Shown here: positions 48,611 through 59,309 of the stretch, piece by piece
How positions within the stretch are numbered: position 1 is the stretch's first letter
How the letters are laid out: every line of letters begins with the position of its first letter
Assembly (NCBI GenBank): GCA_965205025.1
Contig: CBDBFU010000015.1
Coordinates: forward strand, 352,001-416,000
DNA from: Candidatus Poribacteria bacterium
GTDB lineage: Bacteria > Poribacteria > WGA-4E > WGA-3G
Direction of reading: 5' to 3'
DNA: 64,000 nucleotides
Made by a program: the position numbers and the translations under genes
The notes under the pieces: generated by a model
Told to the model about the DNA's origin: nothing
Databases searched by the model: none
What the model saw: only the letters and a program-made list of their open reading frames with translations

Positions 48611-50257
48611 TCAAATTTGCTTAGACACCTGATCTGCTAACCGGGTCAGTGCGCGTGACATGTCCGATTTATCAAGTATCACTTCAATCAGGACATAGTG
48701 TTGTGTCTCTGCAAGCGCGATTTTCATGGCTCTGTCAAATTCAGCTTCAGTGTGAACAACGAACCCGCGTCCTGTGCCGAGGAGTTCTGGCATACGCGCA
48801 TAGTGCCAATTCTCTATATCGTTGAAGCTGCCTTCAATGAAGGGACGTAGGGTACCATAGCCAGAATTGTTTAGGACAAGGATGATCGGATTGAGTCCGT
48901 AACGGATAGTGGTTGATAACTCGGTGCCGGTCATTTGGAATGCCCCATCTCCTACAATAACAAGTGGTCGGGAAGTAGGTTTGCCGAGTTGTGCGCCAAT
49001 TGCAGCAGGGATTGAGAATCCCATTGATGTATAATATGCAAGACTAATAAACTCCGTGCGTTCAGGGAGTCGAAGGTCCGCAGCAGCCCAAAGGCCATCA
49101 CCAACATCCGCAATCACAGTCATGTCTTCATTTAATAACAGGTTCAGTTGTTGGAACAGGCGGTGCACTGTTAGGGGTTGGTCAGGCACCATCTCAAAGG
49201 GTTCTGGCACTGTCAGCACCCATTCCAAGTCTATGTCCCCCCGTTTATGTAGTTTGGAAGAATTCAAGCCGTCAATAAAATCCTCTAATGTGACATCTTC
49301 ATAAGTAGAGTAACCGACCGAGATTCTATCCGAGGTTGCGTATACACAACGACTTCGCTCAAGATTTGATTTATATGTCCCAAAGTTCACATCTGTCATG
49401 AAAGCCCCGCAAACGATAACACAATCGGATGATTCAACAAGCATAGTGACTTCATCTCTGGCTGTCGCGCCGCCATAAATCCCCAGGTAAAGGGGATGTG
49501 CCTCTGGCATCACCGATTTGCCCAACAACGTCGTCGCCACAGGGAATTGTCTCTCTTCAGCAAGTCGAAGTAACTTGTCTTGATAACCGAATCTATGGAG
49601 TTCCGCACCAGCTAAAATAACAGAATTTTCGGATTGATTTATAAACGCAATGGCATCTGTTAAGGCAGCATCCAAAGTTTTCGGGTTACTGTGATGTCCA
49701 CCCGTTGAAGGTCGTTGATAGGCTGCTCCCGGTTCACTTACCATATCGCGCGGCAGCTCAATGTAGCCCGGACGCTTATGCCAATAAACAGCATCCAGAA
49801 CTCTATCTATCTCGTTAAAGGCTGTAAAAGGTTCGTCAAGAAGTGCAGAGGCAACAGTTATCTCGTTATAGATACGTTGCTGTGTATAAAAATCTCTACC
49901 TTTATGATGTAAAAGCGCATCCGCTGTCCGTTCCTTTATCCCTGGGCTACCACTAATAACAACAAGTGGTGATTTTTCAGCGTAAGCAGCGGTGACTGCG
50001 TTGATCATAGATAATCCACCGACACCATATGTCACGCACGCAGCTCCCATCCCCTTTGTCCGAGCATAGGCATCTGCGGCATATCCCGCCGTCTCTTCCC
50101 GCGTGGTACCGATGTGTTGAATAGGACTCCGCTCAATCATATCAAAGAACTGCACAATATAATCACCCGGTATGCCAAAAATATGGTCAATATCGTAAGA
50201 CTGTAGTTTTCTCAGAAGATACTCACCGATTGTGGTAGTCGGTTGACAATTTAACAT
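48611..50257 (-). CDS. ThDP-dependent alpha-keto acid (indolepyruvate/phenylpyruvate-type) decarboxylase
   Basis: FGIPGDY, AGYAADAYAR, TYGVGGLS, LLHH, GDGAFQMTG..NNSGY. Confidence 0.9.
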   Translation of the reverse strand: MLNCQPTTTIGEYLLRKLQSYDIDHIFGIPGDYIVQFFDMIERSPIQHIGTTREETAGYAADAYARTKGMGAACVTYGVGGLSMINAVTAAYAEKSPLVVISGSPGIKERTADALLHHKGRDFYTQQRIYNEITVASALLDEPFTAFNEIDRVLDAVYWHKRPGYIELPRDMVSEPGAAYQRPSTGGHHSNPKTLDAALTDAIAFINQSENSVILAGAELHRFGYQDKLLRLAEERQFPVATTLLGKSVMPEAHPLYLGIYGGATARDEVTMLVESSDCVIVCGAFMTDVNFGTYKSNLERSRCVYATSDRISVGYSTYEDVTLEDFIDGLNSSKLHKRGDIDLEWVLTVPEPFEMVPDQPLTVHRLFQQLNLLLNEDMTVIADVGDGLWAAADLRLPERTEFISLAYYTSMGFSIPAAIGAQLGKPTSRPLVIVGDGAFQMTGTELSTTIRYGLNPIILVLNNSGYGTLRPFIEGSFNDIENWHYARMPELLGTGRGFVVHTEAEFDRAMKIALAETQHYVLIEVILDKSDMSRALTRLADQVSKQI

Positions 50258-50327
50258 AAAATTCCTCCTTTAAGATAAGCGGAAAACCGCCTCTCGTCCG
50301 CTATCACCGTCTGCAATTCCGCTGCCA

Positions 50328-51347
50328 CTATTCGACTTTTATATCCCCCCATGCTGTGAGCAACCTATCTGATGCTGCTACGCTTAGGTTATTGAGCATG
50401 AGTTCTTCTACGGTCGGTAAGATTTGGGGACCAAGTCCTTTCACCACACCGCCAATCGCGTAGATTTTGTTATTGACAGTGCCCGTTCCCAGGAACACCC
50501 GTGCTGTTGGCATATCCGTGCTTTTTTCCCATGTATCTGTCAACGGATCGTAATATTCAACGGTTGTCAATCCGGGACCTTGGACGACGGCTGTGCCACC
50601 GATAGCGTATATTTTCGCATTCCCTTTACTTACTGCCAGTGCGGTTCTGGCAGTCGGCATATCCGCTTTTTGTGTCCAGGTGTCTGTATGTGGATCATAT
50701 TCTGAAACAGTTTTCACGGCGGGTCCTTGTATGTTTTGGACACCCCCGATCAGATATATCTTATCTCTAAAGACCGTCGCGGCCATCCCGGAGCGTGTGT
50801 TTGGCATATCCGCTTTTTGTGTCCAGGTATTTGTGAGTGTATCATATACTTCCATTGTTGCTAACACGGGACCGACATTTTGCGCGACGCCACCGAATGT
50901 GTAAATCTTACTACCGACTGCGACAGCAGCGAAAAAGGATCGCGGCGAGGGCATATCTGCTTTCTGTGTCCAGGTGTTAGTGTTTGGGTCATATTGCGTG
51001 ACGGTGCCGACTGCGGGATTCTGCGCGTCCCATCCGCCGATAGCATAAATCTTCCCATCCACAACGCATGTCGCGACCCCGGCGCGCGGTGCGGGTAGAT
51101 TTGCTTTTTTTATCCATCTATCGGTTTTAGGGATGAATGCCTCAACACTGTCAATTGGGGCAGCGAGCATACCCCCAACAACATATATTTCTTGGTCAAC
51201 CGAAGCCGTTGAGAAAAAGAGTCTTGGATTTACCATGTCTGCTTTTTGTGTCCACTGCTGTGCGTTGACACTGTTTGTCAAAAATGCTATACAGAATACG
51301 GGGAATAGCCACCCCCATTGAAAAATCGAAACTTTATATTTTTTCAT
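50328..51347 (-). CDS. Secreted Kelch-repeat protein with Poribacteria-type C-terminal tail
   Basis: Six WTQKADMP..R..KIYAIGG repeats; ends SVAASDRLLTAWGDIKVE. Confidence 0.92.
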   Translation of the reverse strand: MKKYKVSIFQWGWLFPVFCIAFLTNSVNAQQWTQKADMVNPRLFFSTASVDQEIYVVGGMLAAPIDSVEAFIPKTDRWIKKANLPAPRAGVATCVVDGKIYAIGGWDAQNPAVGTVTQYDPNTNTWTQKADMPSPRSFFAAVAVGSKIYTFGGVAQNVGPVLATMEVYDTLTNTWTQKADMPNTRSGMAATVFRDKIYLIGGVQNIQGPAVKTVSEYDPHTDTWTQKADMPTARTALAVSKGNAKIYAIGGTAVVQGPGLTTVEYYDPLTDTWEKSTDMPTARVFLGTGTVNNKIYAIGGVVKGLGPQILPTVEELMLNNLSVAASDRLLTAWGDIKVE

Positions 51348-51355
51348 AAATCCTC

Positions 51356-51841
51356 CTATGAGTTGTTTGCTTTTATTATGCCGACACGAAACGTTTTGGT
51401 ATACCCATTGACATTAAGTGTATATTCACCGGGCCGGCAGTATCCGATGAAAATGGATTCGTGGTAGAACTCGACAGCATCAGTGCAGACGTCACCAGGA
51501 CTCGACAGGTAACCGGTCATTTGGATTTCAATAACATCTCCGTCTCGCCACAAAGGGTGTCCATCTATGTCATTACGCTTAGGATAAACCGTTTCCTTAT
51601 GTCCACCGCAGCCATTCGAAAATACTGCGGTAACCACAATATTGACAGCATAAAAGTTGCTATACGCTACTTTCGTAGCGCTTATCTGAATATCATCATC
51701 AATGGCTACCCTCCCAATATTCTCGCGTTCACAACTGATAAGACCTATCGCAATGAGTATTATAAATAATGAAATATGCGTATAGACTTTTTTTATGAAG
51801 TTAGCACCTCCGTAGAATACTTTTACACTCGATGTCTGCAA
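51356..51841 (-). CDS. Cys-pair lipoprotein (paralog 2)
   Basis: LISCER; FSNGC..CTDAV..IFIGYCRPGEYTLNVN. Confidence 0.7.
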   Translation of the reverse strand: MQTSSVKVFYGGANFIKKVYTHISLFIILIAIGLISCERENIGRVAIDDDIQISATKVAYSNFYAVNIVVTAVFSNGCGGHKETVYPKRNDIDGHPLWRDGDVIEIQMTGYLSSPGDVCTDAVEFYHESIFIGYCRPGEYTLNVNGYTKTFRVGIIKANNS

Positions 51842-51897
51842 AATTATTGGCTATAATGAATAGATATGGACACGTGAATGAAAATGTCCGTATCTAT

Positions 51898-52386
51898 TTA
51901 TTGTGATGTAATATCTGGAACACTGAACTCTTTTTTAAAGTCATTTATATTGAGCTCATATTTTCCTTGTGTGCAGAAACCGATAAAGACAACTTCGACA
52001 TGAAACCCTGCGAGATCACGAATTGCTTTTAAATCGGTGTTTCGGTGTTCTGCCATCTTGACGTTGATGGTATCGTCATCGTTGTATATAGGATGTCCTG
52101 CAAATGTCATGGCAGGTGTTTCTAAAGGATATTCTGTCTTATAGTCTACGTTACCTGCGTAGCCGGCGTGGATTTCACAATGAACGATAGCGAAAACAGC
52201 GTAATGTGGTGTTTCAAAATGTTCTTGTACTGCTATAGTATATATGTGACTATCAAAAATGTGCATAGGCACTATGTCAATTTTTTCATCCCTTTCACAA
52301 CTGATCAGTATGCATATGATTATCAACACGATGAATAGCGTAGTATATTGACGCATTTTGTCTCCTTGAATGCTCCCGATAAGCAC
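51898..52386 (-). CDS. Lipoprotein (paralog 3, diverged)
   Basis: LISCER; GHP..DDTI.V.M; VFIGFCTQGKYELNIN. Confidence 0.7.
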   Translation of the reverse strand: MLIGSIQGDKMRQYTTLFIVLIIICILISCERDEKIDIVPMHIFDSHIYTIAVQEHFETPHYAVFAIVHCEIHAGYAGNVDYKTEYPLETPAMTFAGHPIYNDDDTINVKMAEHRNTDLKAIRDLAGFHVEVVFIGFCTQGKYELNINDFKKEFSVPDITSQ

Positions 52387-52398
52387 GTTGTTTTATGT

Positions 52399-53361
52399 TT
52401 ATTTTTGATATGGTTTCAAGTCCCATAGATATACATTTTTTGCTGCCGCCCCCGCCAATAGTGTGCTATCGGGTGAAAACGCGAGTGGACAGACGCCTAT
52501 TTCTGGCACTTCAAATACGGAAACAGGGACATCCCATCTGAGCAGATCATATAGGTGTATTCGTGTATTTTGCTCATAAGTATAGAGAGAGCAAGCGACA
52601 TACTGTTCGCATGGAGCAATAGCGAAACTTTCCACATATCTCTTTTCCCCTGTTTGTGGTGTCGGTTTTTGTATTGCGGACACTTGTTCACCGTGCTGTA
52701 TATTCCATAATGTGAGAGTTTGAGATTTATCTGCGGCATCCCAAAAATGTTCGCTGTCGTTTGAGAATGCTTGGAACTTGAAACCTTCATTTGTAAATCC
52801 GTCAACTGTTTTGCCTTTGCGGATATCATAGATTTGACAGGGGTGGCTGGCAAGGTATCTTCCATTTGCACTAAATGTCAGTTTGTTGCGGGTATTGTTA
52901 TTGTCTGGTTTGTAACGTCTGATCCGTTTTTTGGTTTTGACATAATTAACATTAATTCTGTTGTTTATATCTTGGTATGCGATGCGTTGTGCTGTGTGGC
53001 AATATGCTGCTGCGGTGATTTCTGACCGTAGTCGAAACATCACATAAGGTATATCCTGTCCGAGGTGCCAGAATCTGAGTTTATTTTCAATACTGGAAAT
53101 GATAAAGTATGTTCCTGCAGGTGAGACATCTACAGATAAAAACAATTCATTTTTGGTGGCATATTTAGGACGTGTGGGTTTGAAGATGTGTGGGGGTTGA
53201 TAGAGGCGTGTGATGTTCCAAAAGAAAACACCATCCCATCCATAACAAGCGATAAGTGTCTTGCCATTCGGTGAAAACCGCAGTGTCTCTGGTGGGTATC
53301 CGTGTGCTGGATTAACTTTGGTGCTACGTGTGGGTGGTCTCAAATTAAAGTTGTTCCTCAT
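52399..53361 (-). CDS. WD40-like repeat protein
   Basis: LRFSPNGKTL, LTFSANGRYLAS, LAFSPDSTLLA..LWDL. Confidence 0.8.
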   Translation of the reverse strand: MRNNFNLRPPTRSTKVNPAHGYPPETLRFSPNGKTLIACYGWDGVFFWNITRLYQPPHIFKPTRPKYATKNELFLSVDVSPAGTYFIISSIENKLRFWHLGQDIPYVMFRLRSEITAAAYCHTAQRIAYQDINNRINVNYVKTKKRIRRYKPDNNNTRNKLTFSANGRYLASHPCQIYDIRKGKTVDGFTNEGFKFQAFSNDSEHFWDAADKSQTLTLWNIQHGEQVSAIQKPTPQTGEKRYVESFAIAPCEQYVACSLYTYEQNTRIHLYDLLRWDVPVSVFEVPEIGVCPLAFSPDSTLLAGAAAKNVYLWDLKPYQK

Positions 53362-53501
53362 GTGACATGCCTCTTTGTTCAGGTAAGGTGTTGTGCGTGG
53401 CAGGGATACATGCCTCCCTACAAGGCGTTTAAGATGAAGTTCCTATGTTTAGTTGACAACTATTCTTAGTACACGCCGCTGTCAAGGCGAGATGTTAAAA
53501 G

Positions 53502-54116
53502 TTATCTTGGACAATCCCCCGGTTCAACATCGGGTGGTACGATTTGTGGCAAATGGTGTCCTGGAGGGTAACAGTCGTTAAAGGTCATGTTCTCCAAGTT
53601 ATCCGTATGGAACGTTAGGAGTTGCTCACCCGATTGAGACACGACTTTATACTCCCCCGCTCCAAGTGGACCGATATATATCGCCATACCGATAGGGACA
53701 ACAGCATCGGTGCAGACACACTCAACACCCACATGCTTCGTTGCCCAGACGGTAATCGTATTCCCGTCTTGTTCGTAAAAAGCAAGATCGGGACTGACAC
53801 AACCGTTGTGGTGATCTCCCCTAATTTTCAATATCACTTCGGATGTGGTTTTAGAATTAAATGCTTCAACGCCTCCTATAGGCATATCCACCGTCTCATA
53901 TACACATTCAACAGATAGAAGTGTATTATTTGGGTACAATACCACTTGGGGTGGGTGAAATGGTCCTATTGGTGGGTCTTCTATCTCTATCCATCTTGGA
54001 TCATCTGATATACAGTCATTATTTTCACACGGGGGTAATAATGATGTTATCTGTCGCTCGCATGCCAACAGACAGCATGCGAGTGTGATGTATAGGAGTA
54101 TGGTTATTTTTTTCAT
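53502..54116 (-). CDS. Cys-pair lipoprotein (paralog 4)
   Basis: LLACER; GDHHNGC..DGNTITVWAT..CTDAV..GPLGAGEYKVVS. Confidence 0.72.
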   Translation of the reverse strand: MKKITILLYITLACCLLACERQITSLLPPCENNDCISDDPRWIEIEDPPIGPFHPPQVVLYPNNTLLSVECVYETVDMPIGGVEAFNSKTTSEVILKIRGDHHNGCVSPDLAFYEQDGNTITVWATKHVGVECVCTDAVVPIGMAIYIGPLGAGEYKVVSQSGEQLLTFHTDNLENMTFNDCYPPGHHLPQIVPPDVEPGDCPR

Positions 54117-54143
54117 ATTCAGTTTTCTTTCCTTTGTGCGGTG

Positions 54144-56003
54144 TCATTCCACTGTGATGTTGATAGTGATTTCTTTTTCACCTGTCACAATGAAGTTGTC
54201 AACGCTGATTTCGCGTTCAATTGGGTCTGGGGGTGGCAGCACTGCTTCTGCATTCGGATCCCACGGGTCATCCCAACTGTCAAACCCGAAGTCATCTTTT
54301 TCAAAGGATAACACGACATTAATCAAGCCGGTGTCTATGATCTGATCAGCCATCCGTTGTTGGATAAGTTGCTCAAGGCTTTCAGGAGCTGAAGGTTCTG
54401 GTTCTTCTTCAGCGTCAAAGTCTAAATCAAAGTCAAAGTCAAATTCACTCATCATCGGGTCTGGTGCTCCGTCGGCGTATTGCGACGTGACAGTGAGATA
54501 GGCTTCACCTTCGGGGGCATCTTGCGGTATCTCGAAAGTGACCTCTTTTTTTACTGTGCGTCCATCAAGTGCAGCACTCCAGTGTGGCAATAGCACGATA
54601 GTAAATGTTGCGCTTTCACCGGGGTTGATTTTCTCTGGGACAACCACATCGTGAATCTCGGCAAGTCGAATCTGTGGCGTATCCTTGAAAGTGATGTCAA
54701 CCTTTTGTAAGGTGGCTTTTTCCGCAGCATTTTCTAACATATCCGAAAAAGAGTTGATACTCAAAAACATGTGTGACATCGTCGCATCCACGGGGTCTAC
54801 TGATGCGTATCGGAATCTATCTGTATAGACAGTTTCTGTTTCTTCGAAATGAAACATAACGGTTCCGTCTATTGTGCCGGGACTTTTTTCCTGCCGTATC
54901 GCAGAGAGTGTCATAGGGGCGATGACAGCGATATAAATTTCTTGCCCGTATGCCACCTCGTGAGATTTCTTTATCGCATCACTGCCATCTAACTGATAAG
55001 TGATACTGACAGGTATCATTGCGGGTGGTGTCCCTAACTCCCCGACAATCCCTGGTGTTAGGTCTTTTGTCATGGTGCCGATGGGGTCGCCGTAAGCGGC
55101 TACAGATTTATTGGTTGTATCATAACTTGGAACGAGTCCATTCACAACGGCTCTATATACTGGGAAAGCCACTTTACCGGTACCAAGCAATGGATGCCCC
55201 ATCCCAACAAATGTGCCGTCGTCATAGACTTGCGTGACAGTGCCGAAGCCGAATGCATTGACGATGTCACCTGTTACGGGAGCGATGCCGATCATATCCC
55301 CTGCAGCGAGCGATGATGTAGCGGGTGGTGCTGCTTGTGGTGCACCATCGACACCGGCAATAACGTCAATGAAATCTAAGTGTGCCCTATTTAGAAAAGA
55401 TTCTATCTTTTTGAACTGGTTGGGTTGTACCCCTGTTATCATAAACGGTATTTTCACTGGCGAATATACCGAGTTGATACCACCTGATGGTGCTGCGGGT
55501 GCGTGTTGTTCGGCTAATAAATCCCCTAATGTTTGACGATCTTTTGCGGACTCCATTGCATCAATCGCTGTGACCCAGAATCGATGGGGTGCTTTGGAAA
55601 AGCTGGTACCGTAAGCGAGTGCACCCATCACACGTCCCGGCGGACCGACAGGACTACCGGACATACCACCTGCGATGCCACCTCTTGCATCTGTGGCAAC
55701 ATCTGTCAACTCGCATTCATAGAGCGGGAAACCGTATCCGAAATCACGCACACCGCGAAAGCGTGCATTCAAGGTCACGCGACTGGTGCCATCAAGCACT
55801 GTTACTATCTGAACGAGAGTGTTATCTGCTAACATCTTAGCTTCTGATTCATACATGTTTTGTAGCACAACATCATCACCAAGCGGTGCGCCATATAAGC
55901 CTTGTGTATCAAGTGTAGCTGGATCATTTTGTTGTAATGGATCTTCTGAACAACCGAAAAGACATAGCATTAGTATGCCGATGAGTGGAAAAAAGCGTTT
56001 CAT
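54144..56003 (-). CDS. SpoIVB-like peptidase S55 lipoprotein
   Basis: LFGC lipobox; GIAGGMSGSPV..GALAYG; GTVT..GMGHP. Confidence 0.8.
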   Translation of the reverse strand: MKRFFPLIGILMLCLFGCSEDPLQQNDPATLDTQGLYGAPLGDDVVLQNMYESEAKMLADNTLVQIVTVLDGTSRVTLNARFRGVRDFGYGFPLYECELTDVATDARGGIAGGMSGSPVGPPGRVMGALAYGTSFSKAPHRFWVTAIDAMESAKDRQTLGDLLAEQHAPAAPSGGINSVYSPVKIPFMITGVQPNQFKKIESFLNRAHLDFIDVIAGVDGAPQAAPPATSSLAAGDMIGIAPVTGDIVNAFGFGTVTQVYDDGTFVGMGHPLLGTGKVAFPVYRAVVNGLVPSYDTTNKSVAAYGDPIGTMTKDLTPGIVGELGTPPAMIPVSITYQLDGSDAIKKSHEVAYGQEIYIAVIAPMTLSAIRQEKSPGTIDGTVMFHFEETETVYTDRFRYASVDPVDATMSHMFLSINSFSDMLENAAEKATLQKVDITFKDTPQIRLAEIHDVVVPEKINPGESATFTIVLLPHWSAALDGRTVKKEVTFEIPQDAPEGEAYLTVTSQYADGAPDPMMSEFDFDFDLDFDAEEEPEPSAPESLEQLIQQRMADQIIDTGLINVVLSFEKDDFGFDSWDDPWDPNAEAVLPPPDPIEREISVDNFIVTGEKEITINITVE

Positions 56004-57439
56004 TTTGTCTCCTTTGTGGATTTGAGTGTCACGTTTTCTATACCCTGAACACTTTTAATATCGAGCATCAGTTCAGTGTTGTCTTGATGCGTCTGTAGCA
56101 AGGCATCAAACGATTGAACGTCAGTGATTTCTTGTCCATTGACACCGACGATTAGCGCACCACGCGGAATCTCCGCTTCGGAGCCGGGTGAGGCTTCCTT
56201 TATCTTTTCAACGAGAATGCCGCGATCCTGTTCTGTGAGATAAGCATATCTTTGATGATTGTTCTGTTCCAACTTTCGCACGGCTAAGCCAAGTGTTTTC
56301 CAAGAAACAGACTCGGTGTTCACTGTGTTTCCACTCAATTCAAGTGGCATCTCAATAGGCATTACATTGATTGTAATTTCTTGTGTTTGACGCAATATTT
56401 TAAGAGCATATTGCTTACCTATCATACTTTCCACAAAACGCATTTCCAGCTCAACGAGTCTCGGCACGCGTTCACCTTCAAATTCAACGATAATGTCGTG
56501 AGGTTTTAGATTATTTTGGACAGCACCTGTGTTGGGTGCTACCTCCATAACTTCAATACCTTGTCCGACATCTCGCATCTGTGCGTCAAGATACCCCCGG
56601 ATAACTCTGCCATGCTTCATCAGCTGCTGTGCAATTCCTTTCGCAAGATCACTTTCAACCGCTAAAGAAGCACCTTCGCCCGGATTGAGAGATGTGATAC
56701 CGATGACACCACCTTGCATATTCAATAGGGGACCACCACTACTGCCGGGGTTGATCCACGCATTCGTTTGGATGTAATTATAATGATATTGAAACAGGTT
56801 ATTTCGCTCGTGAAAACAACGGTCTTTGCCACTGACAATACCTGTTGTTACCGTATTTCTATACCCCATAGGGTGTCCGATAGCGATCGTAAATTGTCCA
56901 ATCCGCATCTGTGCCGAATCAGCCAGTTGAAGAAACGGAAAGGGTGCTGACCGTTCAATCTTTAGAACCGCAACATCCGTAATTGCATCACCCCCTATTA
57001 TGTCTGCTTCAAATGTGCTGTTATCAAATAACTCCACGATGACGCTTTTGCCACCCTCTATCACGTGTTGATTCGTTAGGATATAACCGTCTTTATGAAA
57101 AATAAAACCGGACGCAGCCCCGGATGGGTGCATCTCTTTATGTATCTCATCTTTCGTTTTTAAAACGGTAACGCTGACAACCGCAGGCATACTCTGATCT
57201 ACTATTTTCGCAATCGCTTTTTCAAAAGCACCTAAAATCTCAAACTCGTTCGGCGTTTCGGCTGCTAACGCAGGCGAAGTTAGAATAATCAAAAAAAGCA
57301 AAACGGCATACGGGTATGTTCTTCTTTTCATGGCAGCACCTCTTTTACTACTGATAATTGGGTTACAGATAAATATCAATACAGCACCGATTGCTGTATA
57401 TCTTGCGAATTTTCTGGTCATATCAGAACTCCTTGTCAA
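56000..57439 (-). CDS. HtrA/DegP-family serine protease with two PDZ domains
   Basis: ASGFIF, LTNQHV, TDVAVLK, INPGSSGGPL. Confidence 0.9.
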   Translation of the reverse strand: MTRSSDMTRKFARYTAIGAVLIFICNPIISSKRGAAMKRRTYPYAVLLFLIILTSPALAAETPNEFEILGAFEKAIAKIVDQSMPAVVSVTVLKTKDEIHKEMHPSGAASGFIFHKDGYILTNQHVIEGGKSVIVELFDNSTFEADIIGGDAITDVAVLKIERSAPFPFLQLADSAQMRIGQFTIAIGHPMGYRNTVTTGIVSGKDRCFHERNNLFQYHYNYIQTNAWINPGSSGGPLLNMQGGVIGITSLNPGEGASLAVESDLAKGIAQQLMKHGRVIRGYLDAQMRDVGQGIEVMEVAPNTGAVQNNLKPHDIIVEFEGERVPRLVELEMRFVESMIGKQYALKILRQTQEITINVMPIEMPLELSGNTVNTESVSWKTLGLAVRKLEQNNHQRYAYLTEQDRGILVEKIKEASPGSEAEIPRGALIVGVNGQEITDVQSFDALLQTHQDNTELMLDIKSVQGIENVTLKSTKETK

Positions 57440-57440
57440 A

Positions 57441-59246
57441 TCAGTCTACTTTGTCGTTTTTGGTGATAGATAATGGCTCGCTGTGATTCTTAAGAAAGAT
57501 TTTCATCTTTAGGTTCTTTCGCAATAAGGCAAGCAGCGGTTTACGGTTCTCAATAGGATTACCGAAAAGGCTCAACTTTTTTAGATTTACCAAATTCGAG
57601 AGGGATGCCACATCACGAATCCGATTATTGGAGAGATCTAAGATACTCAGTTGCGTCAGTTTGGCGAGTGAAGATACATCTGCTATCACGTTGTTTCCAA
57701 GATAAAGTTGTGTCAGTTGTGTGAGTTTTGCAAGTGGAGAAATGTCTGAAACAGTGTTGATGCTCAGATATAACACGTTTAATTGTGTTAACGCGGAGAG
57801 TGATGTTATATCTGAAATTGTGTTGTAGTGAAGATATAATGTTTTCAGTCTTTTAAATCTTGTCAGCGGGGGAACATTCGAAATACCGGTGCCGTGAATA
57901 CCTAAAAACTGCAGGTGTTTCAAGTCTTTTAGTGGCGATATATCTGAAGCAGCGGTAAAACCAATATCTAACCCATTCAGTTGTGTGAGTGCTGCAAGTG
58001 GGGAAATATCTGAAATCGGGTTATGTCCAAGCTCTAACCATCTCAGTTGTTTTAATTTTGCCAGTGGCGTAACATCAGAAATATTGTTGTGAAAGAGCGT
58101 AAGTTTTCTGAGATTTCGTGCATGTTGTAGTCCTGTGAGGTCTTTTATTTCTTTCCTTTGGACATTAAGTTCTGTCAAATTTGCGATTGTCCGTGTTGTG
58201 ATTGTGCCGACCTGTTTCTGTATCGCTGTAGCCAGTTGTGGATCTACAATGGTCACGGCTTGGGGTGGTGGAAACGGGAGCGGTTCACTGAGTTTGAAGG
58301 GCAACTCTGTGTGGTTTCCATATACATCGGTAATTCTTAGGGTTAGAGTAGAAGTGTTTGGCACTAATTGGTCTGTTACAAATTCAACGGTGTTGTCTGT
58401 CGTGCCATTGAGTTTTTTACAATCGCGTAATAAAAGGTCGCCATCCTTTTTGGGTGCGAGTAATTTGACGTGATGAATACCATCTGGATCGTCTACCTCA
58501 AAACGTAGATGGATATGATTCGGTAGCGAGGTGAGTCGTGGTTTAAGCATCTTTGCTGTTGTGTTTTGATTACGCGTCGTGGTGCCGGTGTTAAATGCAG
58601 GGTGTACGTCCAACCATTGTGCAGCACAATACGTGGTGATGTGTGCGTCATCGGTATTTAGATATATCCTATTTGCATCAGCATCTGTGCGAAAATCGTG
58701 TGCCAATCCCAAGCTGTGTCCAAGTTCATGGGCAGTTATATCAACGCCGTGTGTACCTTCAAAGCATTCACCAGAAGCAGGCACAATACCACCTTTGTGA
58801 GGTGTACTATAAAAACCGTAGCCACAGGCAACGCCATCAAGCAGTCCAGTGCTAATATCCAGAAAGATAAGGTAAATATCTTTTGACAGGTCAAAACGAC
58901 CAGGAAGTTCCTCCCAAACCGAGCTTGATTTCTTTTGATAATATGTGTCCTTGAACTCACCTTTTACAGTGTGAATGACAGCATTACCTTTTGTATCTTT
59001 TTCAAATAGAAAGGTTTTGTGTCCGAACCCGTGTGCTGCCATCAATCCTGAAAAAACCTGTTGCACATCCTTGATCATTTTGTCTAACTTCATGTCTATA
59101 TCCGGTTGTGGTGTCACATCGTTTGGGTGAAAGTAGATAACTTTGACAATAGGTCTTTCTTGTTCCTGCTGTTGCGCTTGTGTGGTGATGTTCATCCAAA
59201 AACTTAGCAGAACACATAATATGATCGGTAAACGTTTTGTTGTCAT
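57441..59246 (-). CDS. Secreted zinc metalloprotease (metzincin motif) fused to internalin-like LRRs
   Basis: HELGHSLGLAH; repeated ISDISPLAxLTQLxxLxL. Confidence 0.88.
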   Translation of the reverse strand: MTTKRLPIILCVLLSFWMNITTQAQQQEQERPIVKVIYFHPNDVTPQPDIDMKLDKMIKDVQQVFSGLMAAHGFGHKTFLFEKDTKGNAVIHTVKGEFKDTYYQKKSSSVWEELPGRFDLSKDIYLIFLDISTGLLDGVACGYGFYSTPHKGGIVPASGECFEGTHGVDITAHELGHSLGLAHDFRTDADANRIYLNTDDAHITTYCAAQWLDVHPAFNTGTTTRNQNTTAKMLKPRLTSLPNHIHLRFEVDDPDGIHHVKLLAPKKDGDLLLRDCKKLNGTTDNTVEFVTDQLVPNTSTLTLRITDVYGNHTELPFKLSEPLPFPPPQAVTIVDPQLATAIQKQVGTITTRTIANLTELNVQRKEIKDLTGLQHARNLRKLTLFHNNISDVTPLAKLKQLRWLELGHNPISDISPLAALTQLNGLDIGFTAASDISPLKDLKHLQFLGIHGTGISNVPPLTRFKRLKTLYLHYNTISDITSLSALTQLNVLYLSINTVSDISPLAKLTQLTQLYLGNNVIADVSSLAKLTQLSILDLSNNRIRDVASLSNLVNLKKLSLFGNPIENRKPLLALLRKNLKMKIFLKNHSEPLSITKNDKVD

Positions 59247-59309
59247 AACGAATATCCTCCTACAGCGATGAAGAGATAGAAGAAGTCAATAAACCTTTTA
59301 ATCTGGATA

